Shown: positions 27,941-38,027, counted from the stretch's first letter. The stretch: DNA of 64,000 bases from an uncultured marine group III euryarchaeote (GCA_902627615.1 CACOJW010000001.1:4907-68906), one strand, 5' to 3'. Numbers and translations: made by a program. The notes: generated by a model from the letters alone, not told the origin.

Positions 27941-30900
27941 ATGTTTTCTAAACGCATAATTTCAATGCTAGTCGTATTGAGTTTCATATCTCAATCGCTT
28001 GTCGTAGTAGACACAGATTCCTACTCATCAGTAGTCGTTGAAGACTCCTCAATTTTAGAAGAATTGTCTGAGCAAGATGGGGCTAGAGGTGGTAATGGAA
28101 TAGAATTAGTTTGGGATAATTCTGTTGGTTTTTCTCATCCAGATTCTATAGCTTCAATGGGAGATTACTTGCTTTATCATGATGTGATGGCAGGGTGTGA
28201 TAACGAGAACACAGGTTGTGGGACTGAACTTTTCCGCTCAGATGGAACGGCAGAGGGGACTGGTCCGGTCAAAGATATCTGGCCTGGTGAAACTAGCAGC
28301 GGATTAGGCGGAATAACCAATGTTAACGGTGTAGCTTATTTCCGTGCAGAAGATGGAACCAACGGAGATGAATTATGGAGATCTGACGGCACAGAAAATG
28401 GGACTTATATGGTCAAGGATATCTGGCCTGGTGATAACTCTAGCGATCCAGGTTATTTCACGAAACTGGGAAATGAGGTTTTATTCGTAGCTGATGATGG
28501 CGTTCATGGTAGAGAATTATGGAAAAGTGACGGCACTGCAGAAGGTACTGTTCTCGTCAAAGACATTGACGTCAATGATGAAGGTTATGACATAGAAGGT
28601 CAGTTTACACATCATCAGGATCTTCTTGGTGAATCAAGTACTCTCTTTAAACATGGAAATATTATCTATTTTAAAGGAGATAATGGTACTTCAGGCCATG
28701 AGTTGTGGAGAAGTGATGGAACTACTGATGGAACATATCTTGTCAAGGAAATTAGAGCAGGCGACATTGGAGGGATTCAAGGGCATTTTGAATCCTTTGG
28801 CGACCATTTTTATTTTCCAGCAAATGATAACACCGGCAAAGGTACTGAGCTGTGGAGAAGTGATGGTACAGAAGAAGGCACTGTTTTATTTAAAGAAATA
28901 TATTCAGGTTGGCGAAGCAGTCTCAGTTCACCCGGGAGGTTTCTAGCAGTAGGAGACACTCTTTTCTTCCATGCAGCAGATGGAACTGAGGAAGGGCAAT
29001 ATGATTACAATTTATGGAAAACTGACGGTACGGAAGAAGGTACCGTTAAAGTCAGCGATTCTGTAATAGTTGATAATAGCCATTTTCCAGCAGCAGTTGG
29101 CGATATTCTCTACTTTATGTCATCCAATAAAATGGAGAATGGTACTGAGTTGTGGAGGAGTGACGGAACCCAAAATGGAACTTTTATGATTAAGGATCTT
29201 AGGGATGGTGGTAGTCCACACAGTGGCTGCTGTGGATCTTACCCTAGGCTTGTGCCTACTGGAGACACTCTCTATTTTGAAGGTTGGAATATTACAGCTC
29301 ACGCATGGGAACTTTATCAGTCAGATGGAACTCCAGAGGGCACTTTCCAAGTAGAAGACTCGAATAACGTTTTAAGGAATAATCCCCTTACTAGCGATTT
29401 TACGTACATGGGTAATTCTTTATTCTTTAGAGGATACTGTGAATATCCTCAATGCTCAAGTTATTCGCTTTTCAAAATAGGAAATATAACTCCATTAAGT
29501 ACTCCAGGTTCAAAACCATCTTACTCAGTATACGAAAATGAAGCTATAGAACCTATTACTTTCGACTATTTAGAAGCTTACAGAGAAGATGCAGCCTACA
29601 AAGGTTCAGGAAACACTTCTGTAATTACACCATACCCTTTCACATCATCTGAGGATCATGTTGTAGTTAATGATATTCTCTTCTTTAGAGCAACCACTGA
29701 TGAGTATGGTGATGCATTGTGGAAAACTGATGGTACTGCGGAGGGAGTAGAATTAGTCAAAGACATAAATCCAGGTTCCTACGCCGAGATACACCACGGC
29801 CTTACAAGATTCAAGGATTCAATATTGTTTAGTGCCAATGACGGTACGCACGGAGAAGAATTATGGATTAGTGACGGAACTGAAAATGGTACCTTTATGC
29901 TTAAGGATATGGATGAGGGTGGCGAAGACAGTGACAGTGACCCTTGGGGTTTCTTAGATGCAGGTGACGTTGCTTACTTTTCAAGTTCTGATGATTCTGA
30001 GGATAGAGAACTTTGGAAGACAGATGGAACTACCAATGGAACAGTTCGAGTTAAGGACATTGTTTCAGATGGAAGTTCTTACCCAAATAGGCTAACTTTG
30101 TTTGGAGATGAGGTCTTTTTTACAGTTGGTGATCAAGTAAATTCGAATCAACTATGGAAAACAGATGGAACTGAGGAAGGGACAATACGAGTATCAGGTG
30201 TAGGCAGCGTAACAGAATTAATTGTAATGGGAGATACCTTGTATTTCACCGGATCAGGTACATCGTGTGGAGGTAGAGAATTATGGAAAACAGATGGTAC
30301 AAGTGATGGAACTGTTTGTGTTAAGGACATTAGGCCAGGCAGTACCTCCAGTGATCTAGATACATTTACTGTAGCCGGAGGTACTTTGTTCTTTAGAGCT
30401 AACGATGGAACTCACGGAAATGAATTATGGAAAAGTGATGGTACAGAAGATGGCACAGTTTTAGTTAAGGATATTTGCTCAGTACCAGGTTCTGTATCCA
30501 ATCGAATAGCAAGTCTTGGTAACATAGTTTATTTCGGAGCAAATGATGGCAGTATTGGAGATGAATTATGGAGGAGTGATGGAACTGAAGACGGAACTTA
30601 TCTCGTTAAAGACATTTATCCTGGTTATGGATCTAGTAATCCACAACAAATGACTCCAATTGGAGATCGTTTATTTTTCACAGCAGATGACGGTGAAACA
30701 GGCGACGAGGTCTGGATAAGTGATGGAACTGAATCTGGCACAGTACTGGTAGCCAATGTCAATCAAAATGAGTATAACTCAAACCCCGTAGAGTATGTGA
30801 AGCTCGGCAATCTCATTGTTTTTGCAGCGCATCTAGGCACTCTGCGTCTCGTATCTTACGATCCTACAGATATTTTGTATCATTCAAATGAAGGTATGCA

Positions 30901-33900
30901 TTGGTCCATTTCACCTAGTTTACCAGAAGGTTTGAGCTTAGACTCAAACACGGGAAAAATCACTGGAATTCCAACAGAGGTAATTGATTGGACAGATTAT
31001 ACAGTAACTCTTACAGCTTCAAATCCTGAAACAGGTTCTTACTTTTACAACGGAGACGGATCAACGAGTCTTCTGAAAGATATAAGGCCAGGAGACTGGG
31101 GCTCAAATGCTCCATTATTTCCTGTAGTTATGAACGGTATTGCCTATTTCGGAGCTAGCGATGGAACCAACGGGCAGGAATTGTGGAGAACAGATGGTAC
31201 CGAAGATGGAACCTACATGGTTAAGGATATTTATTCTGGCTCTAGTGCAGGATTTAGGAGCGATTTCAACACTAGGATGATTGCTTTTAATGATAATGTA
31301 TTTTTTTGGGGAAACAATGGAACTACAGGCGTTGAATTGTGGAAAACTGATGGTACAGCAGAAGGTACCGTTTTGGTTAAAGAGTTAACCGAAGGTTCAG
31401 GAGATACGTATGCTAGTGGAACTTTTACTATATTTAATGACGAATTATTTTTCATAGCCAAATCACCAGATTTCAATAAATACGAGATATGGAAAACAGA
31501 CGGAACTGAGGAAGGTACAGTTCAACTAACTGATATTCATGAAAACGATGGTGGCGTAATGGGCCCTCTTGTTGAAGTAAATGGCAAACTTTACTTTTCA
31601 GCTGGGGATCGTAACGAATATGGCTCTGAATTGTGGGTAACTGATGGTACCGAAAGCGGTACTGAAATGGTTGTTAACTTAAATGATAACGTTTCAAATA
31701 ATGGCAACTCGATGGTTTCTCGCTTATTTGGAGATGGAGATTTAATTTACTTTGCAGCAGATCCTGTTGGAAATTCGGATGGAAATGGTTATGAACCTTG
31801 GGTATATGATACAACAGCCCCAGTATCCTCGACTAATCCTCAGATGCTCATGGATGTTTATACTGGTCAAAATAATGGAGTTTCGGGCACACATTCTCCG
31901 GGCTTTACCAAAGCAGGTGATTCAGTTATTTTCTTTGCCCAGCAAAATGGATTTAGTAATCTTGACTTGTTTGTTACCGATGGAACTCCAGATGGTACGT
32001 CTTTAATTGTTGACTTTGAAACCGGTATTGATCCTGGTATCTTTAAAGGAAGTATAACTTTTAACGGTGAAGCTTACTTTGCAGCCGACATTCCCGCACC
32101 TAATGAATACAATTGTCCAAGTGACGCCCTCTGGAAGACAGATGGGACTGCCGATGGAACTGTAGTCGTTGCAAGCTGTATTTCTACAGACGGCAGTAGT
32201 ACTCAGTTCATTGAAACTTCGAATCAACTTTGGAGTGTTGTAGGCGACACACTCTTTTTCAGGGCTAAAGAATACCTTGAAGCTCCTGGTGATCCTTACA
32301 GCGTATTGTGGCGAACAGATGGAATACCAAACGGTTCAGGGACTTATCCGGTGGACTTAAGTTATTCAAATGAAAGATGTCAGCTAATGATAGATAACAA
32401 CAATCTTTTTGTGCTTAACAACAAAATTTACACAGGACAGAGAGAGATGTGTTCTACAAGTACAGATAATGATTACTATAACGGTACAGAGATTCGAGTT
32501 TACGATCCTACGAATATAACGTTCGGAACGCCTCTAGAATATACTTTTGATTTCAAATTGCAAGTTTTAGAACAATTATTCCCAATATTCCCAAGTGAGG
32601 ACAGTGCTGATCTTGCCATAGATGAGCCTATGGTGAACATCACCTTCCAGTATGATTTGAAGTCTGCAGGTACATTGGTTAACCAAAATATTGCGTTAGC
32701 TGCTCGCTCAACCTGTGCAATAGTAGAGAATGGAACAGTCGCCTGTTGGGGACATGGTGTTAGCAATACTCTAGGGAACGGCGTAGCTGCAAATTCTGGT
32801 ACTCCAATTTTAACGGCATCTATGCCAGATAATCGGTCTGTTGTAGCAATAGATGCAGGCATGCTCCATGGATGTGCTCTCTTAGATAATGGCTCAGTCG
32901 CTTGTTGGGGTGGCGATAATGATTATGGTGAAATGGGTGATGGAGATACAGCAGTGCATACAGTACCCGAACTTACTAACATAATAGGAACGGAACTTTA
33001 CGCGACCTCAATCTCAGTAGCTTATACTGGCGCCTGTGTAATACTTGATAACGGTTCAGTTTCTTGTTGGGGAGATAATCGATGGGGTCAAATCGGAGAT
33101 AATACCACAATAAATCGGTTCTCACCTACTCAAACTTTCCCGTTTGCAGATGGTAAAAAAGCAGTGAAGATTACATCAGGTCATAGACATCATTGTGCAC
33201 TGCTTGATGATGGAACAGTCTCATGTTGGGGTTGGAATGCTGAAGGACAACTTGGAGACAACACGACTAATTCATCGTATGTGCCTATACCTACCCACCC
33301 GCTTGGCGGGCCAGCTATTGCTATTTCCAGTAATCAAGACCATACCTGTGCAGTTCTTGAAAATGGTTCAGTAGTATGTTGGGGTAGGAATGATCACGGA
33401 CAAGTTGGAATTGGATCTAGCAACCCAGATAAGGTTCTCGTTCCTACGGCGATTAATTCCGATATCTTAGATGGCAAATCAGCTATTGCTGTATCTACTG
33501 GTGATGACCATACTTGTGCAATACTTGATGATAATTCGGTAAAGTGTTGGGGAAGAAATAATGCAAAACAGCTTGGTAATGGTGGTGATTTTGGTGGTGA
33601 TAAGGCCAAAATTGCTATTGAGAGTAACGGCGATCACACTTGCGTTCTGATAGAGGATGGTTCAATTTACTGTTGGGGCCGAAATAGTCACGGTCAAATC
33701 GGTGATGGAGAGGGTCCGTGTGGTTCTAGTGACAGTTGTAGTAGCGCACCAGTACAAGTTGATACATCGTATTCTTTCTTAACAGAGGATAATTCATTGA
33801 TGAACAGTATCGTTAATGTCACCGGTGCAACCTGTTCAATTTCACCAGACTTGCCTGATGGCTTGACTATCGCTCAAGGCACGTGTACTATCAGCGGAAC

Positions 33901-36900
33901 TCCCCTCGAGGAAATACCAAGTACAACATATGTAGTAAGTGCTGAAATTGATGGCAATACTTACACTACCAGAGTTAGTCTTTCAACTTATTACCGAGAT
34001 TCTGATGGCGATGGCTATCCAGATTACTTAGATGATTTCCCAGATGATGATACTGAATGGTTAGATACAGATGGAGATGGAACTGGCAATAATGCAGATA
34101 CAGATGATGATGGTGATGGTTTAACCGATGTTCAGGAACAAAATTCAGACCCAGCTACAGAACCATTAGATCCAGATACAGATGATGATGGCTACTGTGA
34201 TGGTCCCGTTTCAGTCACTATCGATGATGTTCTCATATGTGAAGCAGGCCCAGATGCTTTCCCGACAAATCCAGATGAGTGGAATGATAACGATGGGGAT
34301 GGGATCGGAGACAATGAAGATCCTGATGATGATAATGACCAGATTAGTGATGTTGATGAACTAGCATCCGATCCAGCTTCAGATCCATTAGATGGCTGTT
34401 CTCCTGATCAGAATTCAACTGCTTGTGATATAGATAATGATGGATTACCAAAGGGTGAAGAAATCGTAATAGGTACTAACGTAACCAATCCAGATACAGA
34501 TGGCGATGGATATTGTGATGGCCCTCTAACTGTAATTGGAGTTTGTATCGGAGGAGATGATTTCCCACTAGATGCTGGAGCCCACAAAGATACAGACGGC
34601 GATGGCATGCCAGACAATCTAACAGGTCCTTCAACCTCTGAACCAGCACTTGTAGAAGATCCAGATGACGATAATGATGGTCTTACTGATATTCAAGAAG
34701 ATGCAAATGGTAATGGAACGTTTGATGCAGGCGAAACTAATTCATTAGATCCAGATACGGATGACGATGGTTACTGTGACGGTCCCGTTTCAGTTACAAT
34801 TAACGGTGTTTTCATTTGTGAGGCAGGCCCTGATGCTTTCCCATTAGATCCTTCTGAATGGTTAGATACAGATGGAGATGAAATTGGCAATAATGAAGAT
34901 CCAGATGACGATGGTGACGGTTTGAATGATACATTAGAAGATGTAAATGGAAATGGAATTGTTGACGCAGGTGACACTGATCCTTTGAAGGTAGATACAG
35001 ATGGAGATGGCTTCTGTGATGGGCCAGTAACTATTGTAGATGTCTGTGAAGCAATCGATGCTTTCCCAACAGACGAAACAGAATGGTTCGATACAGATGG
35101 CGACGGCATTGGTGATAATTCAGATCCAGATGTTGATGGAGATGGAGTTGATAATGAGCAAGATGATTTCCCAGATGACGCTTCAGCAAGTAAAGATACA
35201 GACGGCGACGGAATGCCCGACACAATTACAGGCAATTCAACATCAGATCCAGCTCTAGTAGAAGACCTTGATGATGATAATGATGGTTTAACAGATATTG
35301 AAGAAGATACAAACGGTAATGGAACAGCTGACGCTGGTGAAACAGATTCATTGAATCCTGATACAGATGGTGATGGTTATTGTGATGGGCCAGTAACTAT
35401 CGTAGATGTTTGTGTTGCAGTCGATGCTTTCCCATTAGATTCTAGTGAATGGTTAGACACTGACGGAGATGGAATTGGTAATGAAGCAGATCCTGATGAT
35501 GATGGCGACGGTTTGAACGATACCGAAGAAATTGCACTTGGTTCAAGTCCGCTACTCAAGGATACAGATGACGATGGCATTCCAGATAATTGGGATCCTA
35601 GCCCAGTTGATCCAGATGGTGACTATGATGGCGACGGAATTCTTGATAGAGATGAATATAATCCAAATTCAACTACAGGTAACCCAGCAGATTCAGATGG
35701 TGACGGTGTAAATGATATGCTTCAAGGAGTTGCATCTACTAACACCTCTTCGTCAGATGAAAGAAACTGGACTGAATTGTGCTGTTGGGCATTGTTATTA
35801 CTCTTACTTCTTTTGATTCCATTATTGAAGAGGCAATACGACAACTCATTGGTATACGATCCTAATCATATAGAATATACTATCAATGATGACGATGCTA
35901 AAATCCGAATGGTTCCTTCATTACATGAATACACAAAGAATTACAGAAGTTACATGAAGTATGAGGATCTAAGAAGAGTTACTTATGGAATATCAGGAAA
36001 TTTAGTAGAAGGTTTAGATATAGATTCAAAGACGGGAGTAATTTCAGGACATCCAAAGAAAGTTGGATTGTATACGTATGAAGTAATTATGAAGCATTCT
36101 GATGGAAAATTCAAAGGTGAAGTTTCGATTAACGTCATAGATAAGAGCGAAGAAAAACCAGAGGAAGAAGAATCAGAATCTGCAGCAATAGTTAACCCTG
36201 AACCCGAGAATACAAAATCCAAGCCTAAATTTGTTGGAGGGACAGGAACTGAGATGGATCCGTTTGTTCTATCTCCAGCTAAAGGCCTCGAACCAGGTGA
36301 AGAAATTTTATCTAAACAAGTTTTGACAATATCTGGATTAAATTCTGGTGGAGTGGTTAATGCTAAAGATTTGAATTCAAAGGACAATGGCAAGAGGTTC
36401 TCTGTAGTGTCTGAAATTGATGACTTAGGCAGTCAAACTTCATTGGTCGCAGATGAAGATGGTAAAATTAAGTTCAGAGTGAATTTCAAAGACGATGAGC
36501 CTAGTACCGATGGTGCAGATTATGAAGCATTAATGAAGTTAGGAACGGCCTCGGTCTACGTTACATGGGCTGTAGAAGTTCTAAAGGAGGAATCCGAACC
36601 AGAACCTGAACCGGAACCAGAACCTGAGCCAGAGCCCGAACCAGAACCGGAACCTGAGCCTAAACTCGTAGTTACTGAACAAGAGGCTAAGAAGCAGGAA
36701 GAAATCGAAAGAGTCAAAGCTAGAGCTGAAACAATTGATTTCAAGGTAATCGGTGCTGCGACTCAAAGTACGTTGGCTAACGAAGTTGAGGCAGGCGCAT
36801 CAGAAGTTGAACTAGCTGATGCTTCAGAGTTTGAAAATGGAGGTACTGCAACTATTACTGATGCTGACGGAAGTGAGACATTTACTTGGAAAGGTAAAGA

Positions 36901-37474
36901 CAATAACCAGTTAACGGGCGTTTCAGGAATTACTAGGACATTTGTTGCAGCGTCAATAGTTGTATCAAAAGATGACCTGCAGGTAATCAAGGGAATAGGT
37001 CCTTTCATCGAAGAAAAGTTGAATGCCTTAGGAATCTATACTTACAGGCAAATAGCCAATATGACGCCAGAATTGGAAGATCAAGTCAATGAGGCTATTG
37101 AATTTTTCCCAGGCCGAGTTAAGAGAGACCAATGGGTCGCTCAAGCCAAGATATTGATTGGTGAAGATGCAGAGATTGATGAAAAGGCCCTCAAGAAAGC
37201 TGAAGACTTAGACAGAGTAGCAGCTAAGGCTGAAGGTATTGATTTTGGAGTTCTTGGTATTGCTAGCGCTTCTGACAAAGACAATCTGCAAGAGATTAAG
37301 GGAATAGGTCCTTTCATCGAAGAAAAGCTCAACGCGTTAGGTATCTTCAAGTTCTCACAAATTGCTAAGATGACTTCTGAGATTGAAGAAGAGGTAAATG
37401 TTGCAATTGAGTTCTTCCCAGGAAGAGTCAAGCGCGACGAATGGGTTAAACAGGCAGCTGAATTAGCCAAGTAA
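27941..37474 (+). CDS. Giant (3177 aa) mosaic surface protein: ELWxxDGT repeats, RCC1 propeller, thrombospondin type-3 repeats, TM, cytoplasmic tail with (EP)11 and two H3TH (COG3743-like) domains
   Basis: It has a signal peptide and about 23 copies (my count) of (E/D)LW(R/K)(S/T)DGTxxGTxxVKDIxPG. Seven RCC1 blades (CWGxNxxGQxGDG) lie at ~32690-33720. DxDGDG/DTDDDGYCDGP calcium-binding repeats lie at ~33990-35720. The TM is ELCCWALLLLLLLLIPLL (35774-35830), followed by KRQ. The tail has a He_PIG-like motif, (EP)11 and two copies of IKGIGPFIEEKLNALGI...FPGRVKRDxWVxQA. Confidence 0.85.
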   Translation: MFSKRIISMLVVLSFISQSLVVVDTDSYSSVVVEDSSILEELSEQDGARGGNGIELVWDNSVGFSHPDSIASMGDYLLYHDVMAGCDNENTGCGTELFRSDGTAEGTGPVKDIWPGETSSGLGGITNVNGVAYFRAEDGTNGDELWRSDGTENGTYMVKDIWPGDNSSDPGYFTKLGNEVLFVADDGVHGRELWKSDGTAEGTVLVKDIDVNDEGYDIEGQFTHHQDLLGESSTLFKHGNIIYFKGDNGTSGHELWRSDGTTDGTYLVKEIRAGDIGGIQGHFESFGDHFYFPANDNTGKGTELWRSDGTEEGTVLFKEIYSGWRSSLSSPGRFLAVGDTLFFHAADGTEEGQYDYNLWKTDGTEEGTVKVSDSVIVDNSHFPAAVGDILYFMSSNKMENGTELWRSDGTQNGTFMIKDLRDGGSPHSGCCGSYPRLVPTGDTLYFEGWNITAHAWELYQSDGTPEGTFQVEDSNNVLRNNPLTSDFTYMGNSLFFRGYCEYPQCSSYSLFKIGNITPLSTPGSKPSYSVYENEAIEPITFDYLEAYREDAAYKGSGNTSVITPYPFTSSEDHVVVNDILFFRATTDEYGDALWKTDGTAEGVELVKDINPGSYAEIHHGLTRFKDSILFSANDGTHGEELWISDGTENGTFMLKDMDEGGEDSDSDPWGFLDAGDVAYFSSSDDSEDRELWKTDGTTNGTVRVKDIVSDGSSYPNRLTLFGDEVFFTVGDQVNSNQLWKTDGTEEGTIRVSGVGSVTELIVMGDTLYFTGSGTSCGGRELWKTDGTSDGTVCVKDIRPGSTSSDLDTFTVAGGTLFFRANDGTHGNELWKSDGTEDGTVLVKDICSVPGSVSNRIASLGNIVYFGANDGSIGDELWRSDGTEDGTYLVKDIYPGYGSSNPQQMTPIGDRLFFTADDGETGDEVWISDGTESGTVLVANVNQNEYNSNPVEYVKLGNLIVFAAHLGTLRLVSYDPTDILYHSNEGMHWSISPSLPEGLSLDSNTGKITGIPTEVIDWTDYTVTLTASNPETGSYFYNGDGSTSLLKDIRPGDWGSNAPLFPVVMNGIAYFGASDGTNGQELWRTDGTEDGTYMVKDIYSGSSAGFRSDFNTRMIAFNDNVFFWGNNGTTGVELWKTDGTAEGTVLVKELTEGSGDTYASGTFTIFNDELFFIAKSPDFNKYEIWKTDGTEEGTVQLTDIHENDGGVMGPLVEVNGKLYFSAGDRNEYGSELWVTDGTESGTEMVVNLNDNVSNNGNSMVSRLFGDGDLIYFAADPVGNSDGNGYEPWVYDTTAPVSSTNPQMLMDVYTGQNNGVSGTHSPGFTKAGDSVIFFAQQNGFSNLDLFVTDGTPDGTSLIVDFETGIDPGIFKGSITFNGEAYFAADIPAPNEYNCPSDALWKTDGTADGTVVVASCISTDGSSTQFIETSNQLWSVVGDTLFFRAKEYLEAPGDPYSVLWRTDGIPNGSGTYPVDLSYSNERCQLMIDNNNLFVLNNKIYTGQREMCSTSTDNDYYNGTEIRVYDPTNITFGTPLEYTFDFKLQVLEQLFPIFPSEDSADLAIDEPMVNITFQYDLKSAGTLVNQNIALAARSTCAIVENGTVACWGHGVSNTLGNGVAANSGTPILTASMPDNRSVVAIDAGMLHGCALLDNGSVACWGGDNDYGEMGDGDTAVHTVPELTNIIGTELYATSISVAYTGACVILDNGSVSCWGDNRWGQIGDNTTINRFSPTQTFPFADGKKAVKITSGHRHHCALLDDGTVSCWGWNAEGQLGDNTTNSSYVPIPTHPLGGPAIAISSNQDHTCAVLENGSVVCWGRNDHGQVGIGSSNPDKVLVPTAINSDILDGKSAIAVSTGDDHTCAILDDNSVKCWGRNNAKQLGNGGDFGGDKAKIAIESNGDHTCVLIEDGSIYCWGRNSHGQIGDGEGPCGSSDSCSSAPVQVDTSYSFLTEDNSLMNSIVNVTGATCSISPDLPDGLTIAQGTCTISGTPLEEIPSTTYVVSAEIDGNTYTTRVSLSTYYRDSDGDGYPDYLDDFPDDDTEWLDTDGDGTGNNADTDDDGDGLTDVQEQNSDPATEPLDPDTDDDGYCDGPVSVTIDDVLICEAGPDAFPTNPDEWNDNDGDGIGDNEDPDDDNDQISDVDELASDPASDPLDGCSPDQNSTACDIDNDGLPKGEEIVIGTNVTNPDTDGDGYCDGPLTVIGVCIGGDDFPLDAGAHKDTDGDGMPDNLTGPSTSEPALVEDPDDDNDGLTDIQEDANGNGTFDAGETNSLDPDTDDDGYCDGPVSVTINGVFICEAGPDAFPLDPSEWLDTDGDEIGNNEDPDDDGDGLNDTLEDVNGNGIVDAGDTDPLKVDTDGDGFCDGPVTIVDVCEAIDAFPTDETEWFDTDGDGIGDNSDPDVDGDGVDNEQDDFPDDASASKDTDGDGMPDTITGNSTSDPALVEDLDDDNDGLTDIEEDTNGNGTADAGETDSLNPDTDGDGYCDGPVTIVDVCVAVDAFPLDSSEWLDTDGDGIGNEADPDDDGDGLNDTEEIALGSSPLLKDTDDDGIPDNWDPSPVDPDGDYDGDGILDRDEYNPNSTTGNPADSDGDGVNDMLQGVASTNTSSSDERNWTELCCWALLLLLLLLIPLLKRQYDNSLVYDPNHIEYTINDDDAKIRMVPSLHEYTKNYRSYMKYEDLRRVTYGISGNLVEGLDIDSKTGVISGHPKKVGLYTYEVIMKHSDGKFKGEVSINVIDKSEEKPEEEESESAAIVNPEPENTKSKPKFVGGTGTEMDPFVLSPAKGLEPGEEILSKQVLTISGLNSGGVVNAKDLNSKDNGKRFSVVSEIDDLGSQTSLVADEDGKIKFRVNFKDDEPSTDGADYEALMKLGTASVYVTWAVEVLKEESEPEPEPEPEPEPEPEPEPEPEPKLVVTEQEAKKQEEIERVKARAETIDFKVIGAATQSTLANEVEAGASEVELADASEFENGGTATITDADGSETFTWKGKDNNQLTGVSGITRTFVAASIVVSKDDLQVIKGIGPFIEEKLNALGIYTYRQIANMTPELEDQVNEAIEFFPGRVKRDQWVAQAKILIGEDAEIDEKALKKAEDLDRVAAKAEGIDFGVLGIASASDKDNLQEIKGIGPFIEEKLNALGIFKFSQIAKMTSEIEEEVNVAIEFFPGRVKRDEWVKQAAELAK
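28220..32340 (+). repeat. Coding tandem array of ELWxxDGT beta-propeller-type repeats
   Basis: The W(R/K)(S/T)DGT(x)2GT motif recurs every ~45-60 codons. The array is interrupted once by an Ig-like motif (SPSLPEGLSLDSNTGKITGIPT). Confidence 0.8.
33990..35720 (+). repeat. Coding array of thrombospondin type-3-like Ca-binding repeats with a recurring DGYCDGP...C...DAFP module (5 copies)
   Basis: DTD(G/D)DG(Y/F)CDGP(V/L)(S/T)V...DAFP(L/T)D...W.DTDGDGIG(D/N)N.DPDDDGDG recurs. Two ~190-codon super-repeats are visible (about 34170 and 34750). Confidence 0.8.
36596..36661 (+). repeat. (GAR CCN)11 hexanucleotide repeat encoding (Glu-Pro)11
   Basis: It reads gaacca gaacct gaaccg ... gagcct, 11 units by my count. 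It lies inside the cytoplasmic tail of the giant protein. Confidence 0.95.
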
Positions 37475-37941
37475 TGACAAATTACTGGTTAATGAAAAGT
37501 GAGCCACATGTTTACTCGTTTGATGAGTTAATCAAAGACGGTAGCACTTATTGGGACGGAGTCCGTAATTATCAAGCTAGAAATTTCATGCGAGATAAGA
37601 TGCGAATAGGGGATTTAGTTCTGTATTATCATTCCAATACTAAACCGCCTCATATTGCTGGTGTTGCAAGGATTTGCAAGGAATCTTATCCAGACTTTAC
37701 GCAGTTTGATAAGAAATCTAAGTACTATGACCCTAAAGCCACAGAAGAAGTCCCTAGATGGTTTCTTGTTGATATGGAGCCTGTAACCAAGTTTGATGAA
37801 ATTATATCCTTAGATCAATTGAAAGAAAATGATGCTTTAGAAGGAATGCTTGTCATTAAGCGAGGTCAGAGATTATCCGTACAACCAGTTGAAAAGCATC
37901 ATTTTGATGAAGTTTGTAGCATGGCGAATGCAAAATTATAA
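37474..37941 (+). CDS. EVE (PUA-like, DUF55/THYN1-like) domain protein
   Basis: 155 aa. NYWLMKSEPHVYSFDELIKDG...WDGVRNYQARNFMRDKMRIGDLVLYYHSN is the typical EVE N-terminus. Its ATG overlaps the TAA of the giant gene by 1 nt (TAATG). A T6 run follows the stop. Confidence 0.85.
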   Translation: MTNYWLMKSEPHVYSFDELIKDGSTYWDGVRNYQARNFMRDKMRIGDLVLYYHSNTKPPHIAGVARICKESYPDFTQFDKKSKYYDPKATEEVPRWFLVDMEPVTKFDEIISLDQLKENDALEGMLVIKRGQRLSVQPVEKHHFDEVCSMANAKL

Positions 37942-38010
37942 TTTTTTACAAAAAATAGTTAAAAAATAGCGCGAAAAACAGCGTTTTCGCTCATCATATT
38001 TAAGTGTATC

Positions 38011-38027
38011 CGAAAGGCTCTATATAC
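38011..38027 (+). promoter_or_regulatory. Candidate archaeal promoter (purine-rich BRE-like stretch + TATATA) for the downstream ncRNA
   Basis: CGAAAGGCTC-TATATA (TATA at 38021-38026). The expected start ~25 nt downstream (about 38048-38052) falls just before the first structured element. Confidence 0.4.

Noticed and set aside
34771-35235. A 154-aa antisense ORF rich in PSPSVS, together with similar ORFs at 34408..34617, 35377..35580 and 35031..35225.
   Set aside because: It is the mirror image of the GAT/GGN-rich thrombospondin repeat coding sequence. It is low complexity and lies entirely inside a strongly supported gene.
36556-36766. Antisense ORFs encoding (GS)n and FRFWF repeats.
   Set aside because: They are reverse-complement artefacts of the (EP)11 repeat.
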